From the human T2T-CHM13v2.0 reference genome, Homo sapiens, in assembly GCF_009914755.1 (NCBI RefSeq), contig NC_060934.1: a stretch of DNA of 64,000 nucleotides; one strand, given 5' to 3'. Positions 28,586-41,039 of the stretch are shown piece by piece. The notes beneath the pieces were generated by a model. The model was not told the DNA's origin, did not search any database, and saw nothing but the letters and a program-made list of their open reading frames with translations. A program made the translations under genes and the position numbers. Position 1 is the stretch's first letter. Every line of letters begins with the position of its first letter.

Positions 28586-31267
28586 CTATCTGCCATATCT
28601 ATCAATAACTGTTAGAGGAGTATTGAAATCTTCAACTATAATAGTGGATTGATACATATTTTTATAGTAATTATATTAGTTTTTGCCTTATATATTTTGA
28701 CACTGTTGTTGGGTGCACACACTCTAAGGAATATATGTCTTCTCAGAGACTTTACCCCTTCTTCATTATGTAATGCTCCTCTTTATCACTGATAATTCTC
28801 TTTGCTCTGAAGTTGCCTTGATTGGAAATTAATATAGCTGCTCCAGGTTGCTTTTGATTAGAATTAGCATGGTACATTTTTCTCCATTCTTTTACTTTTA
28901 CTCTATCTGTGTCCTTATTAAGTGGACTTCTTATAGACAATGTATAATTAGGCCTTTTTTCCCCACTCTGACAATCTTAGTATTTTAATTGATGTATCAA
29001 ACCTTTGATATTTAAATGATGATATAGTTGGATTAATATCTACCATATTTGTTACTGTTTTCTATCCATTGCTCTTGTTCTCTTTTTTTCTTCTTTCTTT
29101 CTTTTTCTGCCTTCTCTGGTTTTAACTGAGCTCATAATAGAGTTCATTTTCTTCCTCCTCTCTTAGCATATTAATTATACTTCTTTTTTCCTGTTTTCTG
29201 TAGTAGTTGCCCTGGAGTTTGCAATATACATTTATAAACAATCCAAGTCCTATTTAATATAAAACAATAATATTTTTTTGTATTGCAAGTACTTTATAAC
29301 AGAGAAGTCCCAGTCCCTCCCTTCTAGCCCTTATAACATTATGTTCATTCATTTCACTTTTCCATGAGTTACAATGACCAAATACTTTGCCATTATTATC
29401 TTGACAAACTTTAACCTGACAGATCAATAAGAAAAAGGAAAGATTTTATCTTTATGTATTCCTTTTCTAATGCTCTTCCTTTCTTTTTATAGATCTCAGT
29501 TTCTGACTTATACCATGTAAGTTTCTTGCAAGGCAGGTCTACTATTAATAGCAAAAAATTTCTTCAGTTTTTGTTTGTCTAAGAAAGTCTTAACTTTTGA
29601 AGACTTCCATTCTGAATAACAATGTCATTGGATACAGATTTTAGCTTGGTGGGTTTTTTGTTTCAGCACTTTAAATTCTTTCCTGCACAGCTTCTGTTGA
29701 ATGTAGAAGAGAAATTTAATGTAGTACTTATCTTTGCTTCTTTTTATGTAAGGTGTATCTTGCTTTTTTCAAGATTTTTCTCTTTGTGTTTAACCTCCTG
29801 TGGTTTGAACTTGATATGCTCCCGTGTAGACGTCTGTGTCTTTCTTTATTTTTATCTTTCTTGATGTTCCCTGGGCTTTCTGGATCTTTGATTTTGTTTC
29901 TATTAATACTTCTGGAAAATTCTTGATTATTATTGTTTTAAATATTTCCTTGGTTTTGCCTCTCCTGCTATACGAAATCCCTATTGTTGTGGTGGTAAAT
30001 TGTTTGGGGAGGGAAAAGTTAGGTTTATAACCCTATGGTTAGTTACCATTCTTAAAGTGAGACTGTGTCTCTGGGCTGTCACTTCTACAATTTGTTCTCA
30101 ACCCCTCTTCCCTTTTAGGTGATAAAAGAAGGCTGGAGGGAGCTGGAGTTGGGTATTGCCCTTCCTCCAGGTCAGTTAGGCTCTGGTAAAATAGTTTGTC
30201 TTAAGGGTACGCCTTGTTAAGCATAACAGAAAGCTCTGTGTATTTCAAATGGCTACTTCCCCTGCCCCCTGACTCACACACACAATTAGAAGCACCAACA
30301 TATTTTTCTTTAAAAAAAATGTATCACCCCTCCCCCTCAGGACTGGGCCTCCCTGGTGTTTTTAACTCTCAAGCTTGTCCATACTGAGCCTTGAATAATT
30401 TGTCAATTACAGTTTAAATGTTCCTACCCTGATAGCCCTCTTGATTTTAATTTAAAAAGAAGAAAAGTACTGTACATCATTATATAATAATGTCTCCCTT
30501 CTTTCTATGAAGAGATCTCATAATCCTTTTTTTACTAACACTTTACCATATGTGATTGACAAATTTATGACGTTAGAAAAGGAAGACAACTTTGAATGTA
30601 TGCAAAGAAAGATTTGGAGAATCAAAGTAACATATTCAAAAGCATCACTAATAAGCTTTGTTAGTTCCTTGGCTTTTGTTTGTAATAATTTTGTATTTAA
30701 TTAGAAAATAACGTGATTCTATCCTTGATAATTGAGTAAAGAGCCATTCAAAGAGTGCCAATCTATGGACCAGGTTTTGATTAGCACTGATTTGGTATGT
30801 AGCTTTATTGAACTTAGCAACTCTTCTAGGCAAGTTCAAGGGGCCTGCTTACCTCTGTCTGTCTTTCAGGACTACAATCTATTCAGAGGAAAATCTCACC
30901 TTTTCTATTTTACAATTGCTGAAGTGTCATTTTCTGTATCAGAGTAATGGTGCTAATCAATTGAGAAGATCACAAAACTTTGGATTCAAACATTAACAAG
31001 TTATATTGTGCCAACAGATTATATTTTCCAAAAAAAAAAAAGAGAGAGAGAAAATTGGAAAAAAAAATAGTTGGAAAACATGTGTTAAACCTCATAATCA
31101 ATCTGGTAATAGAATTTTCATGATTGTACCAAACCTTATTTCAATGAAAAGCCAATGTAATGTAACTACATTAACATTCAATTATTCTTTATTCCTCATC
31201 GTAAATTTAGAAAAGGTCAAAAGAGTAAAGAAGAAAGTAAAATTAATGTTATCCCACAACCCTTGTA

Positions 31268-31843
31268 TATAATATTAGTTTTCCATTTATATCACAACAA
31301 ATTACCACAAATTTAGCAACTTAAAGTAAAACAAAATTATTGTCTCATAGACCTTTAGGTCAGAAATCTGGGTGTACTTGGCTGGTTTGTCTGCTTAGAG
31401 TCTACCAAGGCTGGGCTTTTATCTAGAGGATCTGGAGGAAAAGCTGCTCCCAGGCTCACTCAGCTTCCTGGCAGATTCACTTCCTGATGGCTGCAGGGCT
31501 GAGGTCCCTGTCTCCTTGCTGGCTGTCAGCCAGAACCTCTCTCACCCCATCGAGGGCCCCTGTATTCCATGTTATATCAGCCCCTCTGTCTCCAAACCAG
31601 CAACCAGGGCTTCAAACCCTCCTCACGCTTCAATCTCTTCTGCCTCCAATTTCAGTAAAAGCGTAGACTTTTAAGTGACTTGATTGGGACAAGCTGGACA
31701 AACTCTCTACTTTAGGATCAATTAATTATATATGCAGAGACCCATTATATATGCATATATATGCCGTGTAAAGCAATATTCACACCGGTTTCAGGGATTA
31801 GAGTGTGGACCTCTTCAGGGGAACCATTCTGCCTGTTATCACA
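31268..31843 (-). mobile_element. MLT1E-type MaLR solo LTR
   Basis: acaaattaccacaaatttagcaacttaaa...gggctgaggtccctgtctccttgctggctgtcagcc...cagggattagagtgtggac...ccattctgcct. Confidence 0.82.
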
Positions 31844-32694
31844 TTTTAATGTCCCTCAATTTTAGGATGTTTAATTCATTAACATATAATTCCTTTAAAA
31901 ATAGGAATTATACTGGATATACTGGTTTGTAATTGACTTTTTCATGAAACAATGACTGGCATCGCTGCATATTTTAATATAATGTGCTCAGTGTTCATTA
32001 TTGTCCAAGTGTCAAGCCCACTGGGATGCTCTTGGCTAAGAGTGAAGAATTCCACATAATTTTGTACCCCTAATACTTAAAGCACAAAAATTCAGAATGA
32101 CTTAGCATCTTAAAAAATCTGGAAGATTTAGTGTTGGTCATACAAAGTCACCCTTACTCATTTGTATTCTTCTTACTTTCTTGAGAAGAGACAAAGACCT
32201 AAGGTCTCATTCCAGGAGTTATGTATGACTTTGATCTGAATGTCATTCAGGGTATACATCTTGAGAAGGAAAAGATTGAGAAGCTTTGCTTTACTCTAAA
32301 CTGAGATATGGTTTTTAATGACTGTGTTGTATTCAATTATGAGAAAGGACAAATATTTTAACCAAATCTATATTTTGGAAATAATTAATAATATTTGGTA
32401 ACAACTCAATATTTTTTTGAACATAGATCCTTGGATAAGGCCAAAATATAAATATTTTAATGATTATAAATATATACTATGTAGCTGCTATCTAGAATGA
32501 ATATTCTACTTTAAATTCTCACTGATTTTATACAGAAACACCTATTTTACTCTGTCATCTCCATAATAAATGATGAACATACTTTAACTGTAACACTGGC
32601 AGATGTCTTTTAAAGATATTTGGTATCTTAAGTAGTTATTTATCCTTAGATTGCAATGAGTTTTCATCGAAACTGAATTTTTCTTCTTTTAAAA

Positions 32695-33711
32695 TTATTT
32701 TTTTATTTTTCATTTTTATTTTATTTATTTATTTTATTATACTTTAAGTTCTAGGGTACAGGTGCACAACATGCAGGTTTGTTACATAGGTATACATGTG
32801 CCCTGTTGGTTTGCTGCACCCATCAACTCGTCATTTACACTAGGTATTTCTCCCAGTGCTATCCCTCCCCCAGCCCCTCCACCCCTGGACAGGCCCTGGT
32901 GTGTGATGTTCCCCACCCTGTGTCCATGTGTTCTCATTGTTCAGTTCCCACCTATGAGTGAGAATATGTGGTGTTTGGTTTTCCGTCCTTGTGATAGTTT
33001 GCTGAGAATGATGGTTTCCAGCTTCATCCATGTCCCTGCAAAGGACATGAACTCATCCTTTTTTATGGCTGCGTAGTATTCCATGGTGTATATGTGCCAC
33101 ATTTTCTTAATCCAGTCTATCATTGATGGACATTTGGGTTGGTTCCAAGTCTTTGCTATTGTGAATAGTGCCACAATAAACATACATGTGCATGTGTCTT
33201 TATAGTAGCATGATTTATAATCCTTTGGGGATATACCCAGTAATAGGATCACTGGGTCAAATGGTACTTCTAGTCCTAGACCCTTGAGGAATCACCACAC
33301 TGTCTTCCACCATGGTTGAACTAATTTACACTCCCATCAACAGTGTGAAAGCGTTCATATTTCTCCACATCCTCTCCAGCATCTGTTGTTTCTGACTTTT
33401 TAACGATCAACATTCTAACTGGTGTGAGATGGTATCTCATTGTGGTTTTGATTTGCATTTCTCTAATGACCAGTGATGATGAGCTTTTTTTCATGTGTCT
33501 GTTGGCTGCATAAATGTCTTCTTCTGAGAAGTGTCTGTTCATATCCTTTGCCCACTTTTTGATGGGGTTGTTTTTTTCTTGTATATTTGTTTAAATTCTT
33601 TGTAGATTCTGGATATTAGCCCTTTGACAGGTGAGCAGATTGCAAAAATTTTCTCCCACTCTATAGGTTGCCTGTTCACTCTAATGATAGTTTCTTTTGC
33701 TCTGCAGAAGC
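32695..33711 (-). mobile_element. L1PA5/6-type 5'-truncated LINE-1 (~1 kb; ORF2 C-terminus plus 3'UTR)
   Basis: ttatactttaagttctagggtac...; minus ORFs encode ORF2p C-terminal motifs (KTWNQPKCPSMIDWIKKMWHIYTMEYY; [18 protein letters not shown]). Confidence 0.96.
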
Positions 33712-35123
33712 AAATTCTTAACGTTGTATGTCTTCCTTTCTTCCTTCCATCTTGCCTTCCTTCCCTCATTCATTCCTTGATTTCCTCCTCCTCTTTTTTT
33801 TAATTGCTTTTGTTTAAAAACAGCATAGTACTATGGTTACAAAGTAGATAGCAAGATCCAGTAAAAATCAATGTGATGTTAAATTTAAAATAAATTTGCT
33901 ATTATTCTGGATCCCCAAAATAACAATATTATATGTGACTTTATAGGAATATAGGAATGCTTTTTGAATTAGCAGAAAAACATATGGCATTAATGTGCAA
34001 GGAAGAATTATGCCACATACTCTAAAAGTTCTCAAAATTGATATCCATGAATCTTTTTATCTGTGCAGTTTAAAATGAATGTCTTTTTTTCTTTTGAAAA
34101 TTATTTTACTGAGATATATTGATTTTATTTTTGAAGTACTGGAGTTTCCCAGGTTCCTTTAAACTTTCTTCTTAGATTTGCTACAAGATTTTTACACTGT
34201 CATATTTTTGTAATGTACACTTGAAATACATATGCAATGTTGTTAAGTCTACATTTCTTGTTTTGAGAATTTGACATTCAAAATATGTATTAGTGTTCTA
34301 AAATATGTTTCTGCCTCCAAAGCCACTGCTTAGCATGGCTGGGTGTTACAGAAAATGCTGTGTGGCTGTGAAGTATGAAGCATTACTAATATCTCTTAGA
34401 ATATAAAATGAATTTGTTTTCTAAAGTCAATGTGATTCTAGGTCCTCAGAATTTTTATATAGCTACTTAGATGACAGAGTTGTAGTTAATAGTTTGAGAA
34501 GTAGGTTTTAATATCTGTGGTATTGACATAGTTGTTACTCAGTAGATTACAAAAAAGAAAAATCTTGTATCCAATTAGAAATAAACATTCTGTAAGAATA
34601 TAACTTCCCAGTTAGTCTTGGGAGATGGCAGTTCAAGAAGTACTTTGTGAAATATTCTAAAGGATTAACATAGTTCATCATTTTATGCAATGGCAATACA
34701 TATATTATACAATACATTCCTATTTTTACTCATGTAGTTCTTCATATAATGCATCTAATATTTTAAGGGCTTATATCTGTAATTTGACTAGGTCATTTGT
34801 TTAGTTATATTTGAATTTTCAGACAATCATTAAAAAATTGTGGAAGGGTCACTGTTTTATTCTCTTATTATTTTAAAAAAAATAATTAATTAATTAATTA
34901 TTTATTTTTTCCATCCAGAGTAATTTTGTTTTAAAGTTGTAGGATGATAATATTTTTACATCTGTCACATAAAATTAATATTTTTAAGCAATGTCACATT
35001 TTGAATTGTATTACAAGTCAAGAAAAGATGTTATTATTTTAACACATGATATTTTGATATTATCCCAAATAGATACAGTTGTGATATTTTCATAGTTTAA
35101 CTATAAACATATTTTAAAGTGCC

Positions 35124-35360
35124 ATTTATTTTTATTTTATTTTATTTTATTATTAATATACTTTAAGTTTTAGGGTACATGTGCATAATGTGCAGGTTAG
35201 TTACGTATGTATACATGTGCCACGCTGGTGTGCTGCACCCATTAACTCGTCATTTAGCATTAGGTATATCTCCTAATGCTATCCCTCCCCCCTCCCCCCA
35301 CCCCACAACAGTCCCCAGAGTGTGATGTTCCCTTTCCTGTGTCCATGTGTTCTCATTGTT
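35124..35360 (-). mobile_element. L1PA2/L1PA3 3'UTR stub (~200 bp plus tail)
   Basis: ctttaagttttagggtacatgtgc...caggttagttac...catttagcattaggtatatctcc...ccccacaacagtccccagagtgtgatg. Confidence 0.93.
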
Positions 35361-35656
35361 TATTTATTTATTTTTGAGACAGAGTCTCACTCTGTTGCCT
35401 AGGCTCTAGTGCAGTGGTATAATCCTGGCTCACTGCAACCTCTGCCTTCCGGGTTCAAGCAATTCTGCCTCAGCCTCCCAAGTAGCTGGGCCTACAGGTG
35501 CCCAACACCATGCCTGGCTCATTTATGTATTTTTAGTAGAGAAGAGGTTTCACCATGTTGGCCAGGCTGGTCTCAAACTCCTGTCCTGACCTTGTGATCC
35601 GCCTGCCTTGGCCTCCCAAAGCTCTGGGATTATAGGCGTGAGCCATTGTGCCCACC
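35361..35656 (-). mobile_element. AluS (Sg/Sx3-like), full length
   Basis: Antisense Alu dimer whose tail abuts the L1PA2 stub. Confidence 0.94.
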
Positions 35657-35984
35657 TGGGGCACTGTTACTTTAACAACAGACCATGTGGACCACTTTGT
35701 TGAGCACTCATATTTCATGGGAGGCAAGTTTGAAAATTTTTATTTTAGTGCAGATGTGTACAGCAGCATTTTCCAATGAGTTTGACATGGTTATGCTCTG
35801 TTCGAATTATGTTTGTTTATTTCACAAATTACAGGTGCAGCAGTATAAATACTAGAGCTTTATGCCGCTAGCTCAGAATTAATTTTTACAAATTGGAAAA
35901 TGTTAATACATTGATTTTTAAAAGTTGAATTTAACAAGCATTTATGAGCTCTAATTTTGTGTATTAGAAGAATCATTAATAAAA

Positions 35985-36180
35985 TAACCAGTACTTATTG
36001 AGCACTAATATGTGCAGTTTAATGCTTTATTAATGATTTTTTTAACAGTCAAGGAAACTGAAATTAACAAAATATAAGTAACTTGCATGAATTTCAGAAG
36101 TTTTCAGGTAATAGAAGCAAGATTCAAATTCACTTTTTACTCAGATCTCACAGTCTTAACATTATTCTACTCTACTGCTC
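35985..36180 (-). mobile_element. MIR SINE (degenerate)
   Basis: acttattgagcact...aaggaaactga...taagtaacttgc...caagattcaaattca. Confidence 0.65.
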
Positions 36181-36228
36181 TAGAAACACTTGTTTTCTCC
36201 TGACCCTTTTATCCCATTCTTCACAAAC

Positions 36229-36421
36229 TGTCATTCTCAAATTTCAATCTTCATCCAAAACCCGTAGAAGGGTTTGTTATATAAAACACAGGATATTAGA
36301 CTCCAGTCCCAACAGTTTCTGCTAGTAGTTTAGGTGCATACCTATAATATATATTTCCAAAAAAAAAAACCTAGGTGATATCAATGCTTCTTATCCGGGG
36401 ACCATGCTTTCAAGACCACTG
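36229..36421. mobile_element. MER5A-type hAT-Charlie MITE
   Basis: ttctcaaattt...gaagggtttgtta...aggtgat...ggggaccatgctttcaagaccactg. Confidence 0.65.
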
Positions 36422-38588
36422 CCTACAGTTTCCCTTATGTTTATTGATAAAACGGGTGGTATCCATTGTTTGAGTTCTATTACTATTCTATACACCTGTT
36501 CTAGTTAAACAAGATTTAGACACCTGTGAGTCCAGATGTCACTGATTTGAAGATGATATTAAATATTCTAGTACCTTCTTCAAATGCTTGTTAATTACCT
36601 ATCACATAAAAGTCCTAATTGATTAATTTATTACTCATTAACTGGCAGAGCTGTTTCAGTCAGTCTAGACTAGACATAGTTTGCGAGTTTAGAAATGTAT
36701 TCTGGAGAATTGATTGATATGTTATCTGATTATAAAAATAGAAATAAAAGAAGAGGTCTGGCTGCCGAGCCATGTACATATCTAGTATTCCACTGAAGAT
36801 GCATGGAATATAATTGTATATTCATTATAATTGAATTATTGTATCTATTTTTTCATTGTTAATGGTATATTGTTTCTTTATTACTTCACCTATAGGCTAT
36901 TGGATAAAAAATGTTTACTATTGCCCTTTTTATTTTATACTTTGAGGTAAAGCCATTTCTACAAATAAACAATTTCTTGTAGTGTCTTAACATCCCCACG
37001 TGGAATGTTTTTTAAAAATCATGTAGCTTATTCTAAATCTATTCTAGGCAAATGTTAAAATCATTTTAGTTAGAAATAGAATGGGATCAGGCTTCAGTAG
37101 ATGCCATTAGAAGTGGTGGTTTGTACTAGGAAGGATTCTTCACTTCTACATCTGTTTAATAAGTTTCACACTTTAAAACTCATTTTATTATCACAACTGA
37201 AGAAAGAGATAGTAAAAATGTGGAGGGATCTAATAAAATCTAGCCATATAATATTTGGAGAGGGAGATGGGAAAGGGAAGGAGAGACAGGTAAGACGTAC
37301 CATTAAAACAGACAAGCACACGATAATTCATGGATGCTGATTACCTGACCTTTTCTTGCAGCAGACTACTCCTGTGAGACAAAAAGGCTAGTAAGAATAC
37401 CTAGAATGTACTTTAGATATTATTTTTGAGCACTAATATAGTTAGCCTCAATGATAATTGCTTTTAAGCAGGCCACACATACGCTACACACACAGACAAA
37501 CAAAACACACATTCATCCACAGGGATGACTGCCATGTGCAAACATACACTGAAAACCTTCTCCAAGGCAATGTCCTTCAACATCTTTTAAAAATGCATTT
37601 TAATTGCCATTGTAACTGGAAACCGTTTGCACTCAAAATTAAAATAATCTTCTTTTGCTATTCAGGATATCGATTATGTTATGTCCTATCACTTGGATTT
37701 AATTAGATGTATTTTTTTTCCATGCCGAAGGAGGTAAAACCTTAGATATAAATACTGAAAAACAAGCACCAATATTTCACTCATCCAGAAAGAAGTGGCT
37801 TTCCACATTATTCGCTTGTGTACAATTCTTTTTTCAGTTTTTCTATCTTACATTAAACTCATTTACTCATAACATATCCAAGCTGAATGCTGCTTTTGGC
37901 TAGAGGTAATGGTGTAAGCACTTTTTCCTGCCTTGTTAATCCCAGCCTTCCACATACAAGAAACTTTATTTGAAATCTGATCTCACACTGAATATTCTTA
38001 TTCTTATCTCAGGTGTCAACATTATCCCATGTCCCATCTCAGAGCATCACATCTTACGTGATCATATTGTGATAAATCATAGCGTTCTACAGTATGTTCT
38101 TTGTTTTTCTTATAGCATTTTATTGTTGTACTGTATTTGTTAAAAACTGTATCATAATACGTAATGTCTGACATCAAGAGATCATATCTTTCCTGAACTG
38201 TTTGCTTCTATATTCTGTACCTTATGTCTCTTTCTGTTTCCATCAATACCTTTCAGGCATAAGGAAAAGAAGGACACTGATTTTCAATTAATAGTCTCTG
38301 GCCCAAACCCTCTATTAGGTACAAATATATTAAATAGATCATTTTTCTCAACCTATGTCAGTGTTTCATAAGGCAGGAATTATTTTTACTTTGTATATGG
38401 AAAAAAGGAAACCCTGAGATGCTAAGTAAATTCTTTGGTTTGTTAAATTGAATGTAAAACATATTTCTGGGCATACGTATTGGGGGATTGGATAGTCCTT
38501 GTTTTTTCTGAGTGCATTGGTTGAGGAGAATCCTTTGCCAATATAGTAATGCACAGAGGCTCTGCCTATGCAACCTTGAAGACCCTCC

Positions 38589-38860
38589 ACATACATGCAC
38601 ACACACACCACTCACACACACACCACACAGACACACATACACATACACACACACAAACACAAACACACATCACACATATACACACACCACACACACACAC
38701 CACACAGACACACATACACATACACACACACAAACACAAACACACATCACACATATACACACACCACACACACGCACACATAGACACACACACACACAGA
38801 CACACACACACACACCACACACATGGCACACACAGACACAAACACCACACACAGACACAC
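38589..38860. repeat. Complex (CA)n low-complexity tract containing an exact 77-bp tandem duplication
   Basis: Direct reading; identity at period 77 across 38613-38773. Confidence 0.95.
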
Positions 38861-39516
38861 GGCCAGCCGAAGTTTGGAGAAGGAGGCAGCATGGAGAAAA
38901 GGGGAGTCTGACACCAGCGAGTTTGTGAGGAAGGGGAAGGCCAAGGACTTCTAGGGGCACCGGGCTCTGACATAAATGTCTGTTGGGGGTGAATAAAGTC
39001 CTGCTGTGTAAAATAGGCTCCTCTTGAATGCCCTCCATATGAAGTCATCCTATGAAGTCTAAAAAGAAAATCACAAATTGCTAAGAAAGATGAAGTTTCT
39101 TAGGAAAAACAATGTCAAAATGAGCACCTTGTACTGCCTGGCATGCAGTCAGGACGAAGCAGTGGGACGCAGTCTCTTAAGTGTGGGGCCGTAGTGGAAG
39201 CCACGGCCAGTTGGCATGGAAATCACTTCATTCTCTGAGCCACACAGAAAGTATCCCCAGGTCTTCAATTGTGTTTTGACAGCTACGGAGCAGCTGTCTA
39301 CTCCGGCAAATGCGTCTAATGTGCTGTGAAGATTCCTTAATTCTGATAATTCACTGCTCTTATAAAAAAGTCATGTAAAATAAAATATCATTTAGGGAGA
39401 GAATGTAGCTTCTCATGAACTCTGGTGAGGACCCATTTCCTGGCCTAGAAGTTCACCTGTGATCTATGTCCCCTGCCCACCTGGGCTGTTGGGACTTCTG
39501 TGGGTCCACTGCTTAC

Positions 39517-39817
39517 CCAGTGTTTTAGACAGATTTCCTCCAAATTGCTCCATTTTCTCTAACAGCCCTAGCATTATTGTGATTAATTTGACTGCAATTG
39601 AGTTTTATTACGAGACTGAAATTTGTCTTTGACTTTGGCAGGGAACTTGCCTCTTTGTCATCATCATTTCTAGCCAGCCAGCCGGAGCTGTGGTGCCAGA
39701 CAGTGCAAGCGACAATCAGCCTACCCAGATTGAAGGTGTGTGTGTGTAGGGCCTGCAGAGAGGGACAGTGATGAGGCAGGGAGACGGGGGGGAATTTATG
39801 CGGGGAGTTGGTCCAAT
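39517..39817 (-). promoter_or_regulatory. Candidate minus-strand core promoter and first exon (unverified)
   Basis: CCAAT 39813-39817, CATAAA 39800-39795 flanked by GC-rich runs, donor TGG|GTAAGC at 39517/39516, local CpG retention. Confidence 0.3.
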
Positions 39818-41039
39818 AGTCATTAGAAAATAGTCACAGGAGGACAATCCAAAGTTGAATGAAGTAAGAGCATCACTTGGTGACTGACAGTTTTAATTAA
39901 TTCATTAGGAAAGAGTGTACCTAAATTATCTTGTACCATACCTGTCTCACACTGTCTATCCTGAGTCAAACCAATTAAACATTTAAACATAAAATAGGGT
40001 GATATTTCATTAAGCATAATAACGTGCATTTCTCAGCTCAAAAATATGTCATATCACCAAACGTTGCAGAAAAATGAGCAAATGAAATAAATATGGAATC
40101 CACAATAGAAGAAAAATTATAAAAAATATATAAAAACTTCCAATTCCAAACTTTACAGAAATTGTTAAATAAACTATATTTATATTATGAAATGTTAATT
40201 ATTCATTAAACCCCCATTTTCTGAAAATTATGGTGTCATAATTATATAATGATAGTATGATATTGAGTATGAAAAGTATGATATTAAATGATATAATGCA
40301 AATTTTGCACCCTTTTTATGGACGTGTTTAAAGTTTGTAGCAGTGCAAAATTTTAACATATTTCTTTCTGAATGGAGGTAATAGGAGTGATTTTTTTTTT
40401 ATTTAATTTTATTTTGCTGTGATTTCTACCAGGATAAAGGTGTAATCATGTATACTTAGAAAAAAAAATTTAAATTCTTCTGCAAATCCAAGAATAAGTG
40501 GAGGTTTGGCATTACCATTAGAGATTTTTATTTTTATCTATCATGTTGGGCCAAAGTATTACTGCCATTTTTTTCCATTTATATTTTAGTATAGTTCCAA
40601 TATTTAGAAACTCCTTTAATGTAAGTTAGAGAAAATTGGACATATAATATTTAGGAAAAAGAAAATGCAGTGTAAAAAATAAAGAATAAAAAAGTTTTCT
40701 CTAGAAAGCTTGAAATCTGGCACCATTATGTGAATATGGGGCAGGGGAGCCTTTAATACCAGTGTGAGCTGGAGAGCAGGAGGGGTGAGCACAAGGCTTG
40801 ATAAAGAACTAAGACTCTAACCCATACATTCTGCAGCAAGATTTCTTCTGATCTTTATGTTCCTGGGGACCATGGAAACTAGCCAAGGGATTGGTATTTC
40901 TGCATGCTAAAGTGTAGCCTCATGCAAACCTTTAAAAAGAAAAATACCTGAGGAAAAATGTGAAATTTCTCAATTTCAGATATTCAAGGGCTTCCTGATT
41001 GGTCTCCCTGAGATCACTCACCTTTTCTTGGATGATCAA

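Larger units (their letters stand above)
25330..30430 (-). mobile_element. Long, internally deleted L1MC-type LINE-1 (3'UTR, ORF2, ORF1 and 5' region), with an internal inversion and a nested LTR
   Basis: L1MC1-like 3' end at 25.3-26.0 kb; minus ORF 28752-28940 (KVKEWRKMYHANSNQKQPGAAILIS...DKEEHYIMKKG) matches the ORF2p endonuclease; L1MC 5'-like sequence ~30.0-30.4 kb; frames broken. Confidence 0.9.

Noticed and set aside
32840-33769. ORFs resembling the C-terminus of a reverse-transcriptase-containing protein
   Set aside because: Broken L1 ORF2p fragments of a 5'-truncated copy, not a functional gene
38366-39048. Overlapping 60-160 aa His/Thr-rich and Val/Cys-rich ORFs
   Set aside because: Translations of the (CA)n/(TG)n tract, which lacks stop codons in all frames
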